DNA from: Desulfomonilia bacterium
GTDB lineage: Bacteria; Desulfobacterota; Desulfomonilia; UBA1062
Assembly (NCBI GenBank): GCA_050014195.1
Contig: JBEKDT010000026.1
Coordinates: forward strand, 1-29,668
Length of the DNA: 29,668 nucleotides
Direction of reading: 5' to 3'
The notes beneath the pieces were generated by a model. The model was given only the letters and a program-made list of their open reading frames with translations. It did not search any database and was not told the origin of the DNA. Position 1 is the stretch's first letter. Every line of letters begins with the position of its first letter. The position numbers and the translations under genes are program-made. Positions 27,218-29,668 of the stretch are shown piece after piece.

Positions 27218-28377
27218 AGTCCTTTCTCCTTCAGGATTCCCTTGACGATCTCAAGGGCCCGGTCGATTTCAGCGGTGCTGATGATGAGCGGCGGTGCAAA
27301 CCTTAAGATGCGGTTCTGTATGACGTTCAGCATGATGCCGTGCCTGAGCCCTTCTGGCGGTATAAATGAGATGTCGGCATCGAACTCTGCACCCACCAGG
27401 AGCCCCCTGCCGCGGATCTGCCCCAGCTTCGGGTGGTCCTTTTTGAGATCATGAAGTCTCTGCATCAGGTATCGGCCCTTCTCATGCGCCCGGCCTGCAA
27501 TGTCATCCCTGAGCATGATCGAAAGCGTTGCCAGTGCGGCGGCCATGGCCAGCGGGTTGCCGCCGAAGGTAGAGGCATGGGTACCCGGGACGAGGACCTT
27601 GGCAATCTCCGGCCCGGCCACCACGGCCCCGACAGGGAAGCCGTTGCCAAGGGCCTTGGCCAGGGTCATAATATCGGGTGTGATACCTTCATGCATATAT
27701 GCGAAGAGCTTGCCGGTCCTTGCCATGCCTGTCTGCACCTCGTCCAGCACCAGCAGGATGCCTTCCTGATCGCAGAGCTCCCTGACCTTTTTGAAATATC
27801 CTTCAGGAGGGATATTGATTCCGCCCTCGCCCTGGATGGGCTCCAGCATAACGGCCCCTATCTCATCGCTGAGAGCGCCCTTCAGTGCCTCGATATCCCC
27901 GAACGGTACGGAGATGAATCCGGGCATCATCGGCTCGAACCCGGCGCGATACTTGGCCTGTCCGGTGGCGGCCAGGGTCGCCAAGGTCCTGCCGTGGAAA
28001 GAGTTCTCAGCGGTAATGATAAAAGGACCCCTCTTTTTATTGGTGCTGCAGTATCTCCGAACAAGCTTGATTGCCCCTTCATTAGCCTCGGCCCCTGAGT
28101 TGCAGAAAAAGACCTTGGCAGGGAATGCGTGCTCGGAGATCAAGTTCGCCACGAGTTCCTGCTGGGGGATCTGATAGAGGTTGGAGCAGTGGAAAAGCCT
28201 CTCTGCCTGCTCCTTCAGGGCCTTGGCGACCTCGGGGTGGGCATGGCCCAGGTTGCATACGGCAATGCCCGAGACCATGTCGAGGTATTCTTTTCCGGCA
28301 TCATCCCACAGCAGGCACCCCTTCCCCCTGACTACCTTCACGGGCTGCCTTGCATAGGTGTTCATGACATGTTCCAC
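27214..28377 (-). CDS. argD: Acetylornithine aminotransferase
   Basis: SGAEANE, FHGRT, DEVQTG, AKALGNG, STFGGNP; GTG start after AAGGAG. Confidence 0.95.
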   Translation of the reverse strand: MEHVMNTYARQPVKVVRGKGCLLWDDAGKEYLDMVSGIAVCNLGHAHPEVAKALKEQAERLFHCSNLYQIPQQELVANLISEHAFPAKVFFCNSGAEANEGAIKLVRRYCSTNKKRGPFIITAENSFHGRTLATLAATGQAKYRAGFEPMMPGFISVPFGDIEALKGALSDEIGAVMLEPIQGEGGINIPPEGYFKKVRELCDQEGILLVLDEVQTGMARTGKLFAYMHEGITPDIMTLAKALGNGFPVGAVVAGPEIAKVLVPGTHASTFGGNPLAMAAALATLSIMLRDDIAGRAHEKGRYLMQRLHDLKKDHPKLGQIRGRGLLVGAEFDADISFIPPEGLRHGIMLNVIQNRILRFAPPLIISTAEIDRALEIVKGILKEKGL

Positions 28378-28382
28378 GTTAA

Positions 28383-29267
28383 CTACTCCTTGACGATCTG
28401 GGTGCCGATGCCTGAATCGGTGAAGAGCTCCAGCAGGATGGAATAGGGTACACGACCGTCCACGATGTGGGCCTTCATGACCCCGCCGTCCAAGGCCGTC
28501 ATGCAGCACTCGAGTTTGGGGATCATACCGCCCGTGACCACGCCTTTTTTTATGAGACCGGGGATCTCTGCATACTTGATGCTGGTGATAAGCTTCCCCT
28601 TCTTGTCGAGCACGCCCTGCTCGTCGGTTAAGATGATGAGCTTCTCTACGCCCAGCTGTCCCGCCACCCCGGCAGCAACCGTGTCGGCATTGATATTATA
28701 CGTGAGCCCGTCGTCGCCCACCCCTGAAGGGGCGATGACGGCCACAAAGCCTGACTTTTCTACGACATCGATGATATCGGTGTTGATCTCTTTCACCTCG
28801 CCCACATGTCCCATGTCCAGGTCATTGGTCACGGTCCCGTCCGGGTGCCTGCGTTTGGAAAAGAGCTTTTTTGCCTTTATGAGTCCGCCGTCCTTGCCTG
28901 ACAGGCCCACGGCCTTCCCGCCCTCCGAGTTGATGAGGTGCACGATCTCCTTGTTGATGCCCCCTGCAAGGACCATCTCCACCACGTCCATGGTCTTGGC
29001 GTCGGTGACCCGTTTTCCCTCTATGAAGGTTGACTTGATGCCCATCTGCTCAAGCACCGAGCTGATCTGCGGGCCCCCGCCATGGACCACCACCACCTGG
29101 ATTCCGATGTACTGGAACAGGATGATCTGCTGGGCAAAAAGCTTTTTCAGCTCAGGGTCCACCATGGCGTGGCCGCCGTATTTGACCACGATCCTCTTAC
29201 CCCTGAAATCCCTGATGTAAGGCAGGGCTTCCACCAGGACCTTTGCCCTTTGAATGGCCTGTTCCAT
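28383..29267 (-). CDS. argB: Acetylglutamate kinase
   Basis: VKYGG, VHGGGPQI, NINAD, GGMIPK, ELFTDSGIGT. Confidence 0.97.
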   Translation of the reverse strand: MEQAIQRAKVLVEALPYIRDFRGKRIVVKYGGHAMVDPELKKLFAQQIILFQYIGIQVVVVHGGGPQISSVLEQMGIKSTFIEGKRVTDAKTMDVVEMVLAGGINKEIVHLINSEGGKAVGLSGKDGGLIKAKKLFSKRRHPDGTVTNDLDMGHVGEVKEINTDIIDVVEKSGFVAVIAPSGVGDDGLTYNINADTVAAGVAGQLGVEKLIILTDEQGVLDKKGKLITSIKYAEIPGLIKKGVVTGGMIPKLECCMTALDGGVMKAHIVDGRVPYSILLELFTDSGIGTQIVKE

Positions 29268-29545
29268 CAGCGTTATCCCTTTCACGGGTCTTTAGGCCCG
29301 AACTTAAGCCGGCGCTCCGGGCGGAACCCGGCTATCATAAGAAAGCAGTGTATTTACCGAAATCCTGTAGAAATTGAAAGGACAAAATGTGCCTGAAACA
29401 GGGCCGGCCTTCTTGTCCCCAGACCATACCCACTAGAGAGGCATAGTGTGGGTAGGGATCTGTAGGCGAAATACCCGTTTGGGTTGACCGGCAGTTCTGA
29501 CAGAGTATCAACAGTTTCTACCGATATGGTTCTAAACATATCGTG

Positions 29546-29668
29546 GTCGAGTAGACCAGGGAAGTTACCTCCCCCGGCCCCTCTACAGATCTGGACGTGC
29601 GGATTTCCCGCATCCAGCTCCTCAGGAAACAGATTCGCTACTGGCGGAGAGCACTATGCACAACGACT
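29546..29668 (-). mobile_element. Group II intron, 3' end (tail of intron-encoded ORF, domain V, domain VI); continues past the right edge
   Basis: Minus strand: GAGCTGGATGCGGGAAATCCGCACGTCCAGATC (DV with AGC triad and AC bulge, 29588-29620), then DVI CCGGGGGAG-GTAA-CTTCCCTGGT and terminal CTACTCGAC. Confidence 0.9.
29638..29667 (-). CDS. Probable C-terminal tail of the intron-encoded reverse transcriptase/maturase (partial)
   Basis: ...VVVHSALRQ* ends 17 nt before DV, as expected for an ORF in domain IV; only 9 codons are visible. Confidence 0.55.
   Translation of the reverse strand, partial: VVVHSALRQ

Noticed and set aside
29354-29539. 61-aa ORF as the intron's 3' exon gene
   Set aside because: No recognisable protein features, and it runs through palindromic sequence.

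Overview
The window looks like chromosome from a deltaproteobacterium (Desulfobacterota-like; inferred from DUF6178 and the arg/dap gene order) and has four parts. (1) 1-5121 is the AT-rich right end of a genomic island bounded by a displaced 3' half of tRNA-Lys(CUU). It carries a probably truncated Type IIG-like restriction-modification gene, a stand-alone HEPN-motif protein, and the remnant of an IS1-family element whose passenger cargo is a Panacea antitoxin plus an uncharacterised putative toxin, lying between the transposase 3' end and a terminal inverted repeat. (2) 5482-9560 is a minimal three-gene chaperone-usher pilus locus (pilin, chaperone, usher; no adhesin), and the usher start may be frameshifted. 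(3) 9721-29267 is mostly ordinary genes: ABC-2 exporter, TolC, DUF6178, cytochrome c lipoprotein, PilZ, FTR-like/glutaredoxin pair, DUF2892, and a long minus-strand run argB-argD-argF-argG-argH-lipoprotein-lysA-dapA-dapB-FAH-folK-hybrid kinase-SLT-pgsA. (4) 29546-29668 is the 3' end (ORF tail, domains V and VI) of a group II intron on the minus strand. No CRISPR array or rRNA was seen. All family calls come from motif recognition by eye; no database search was run.
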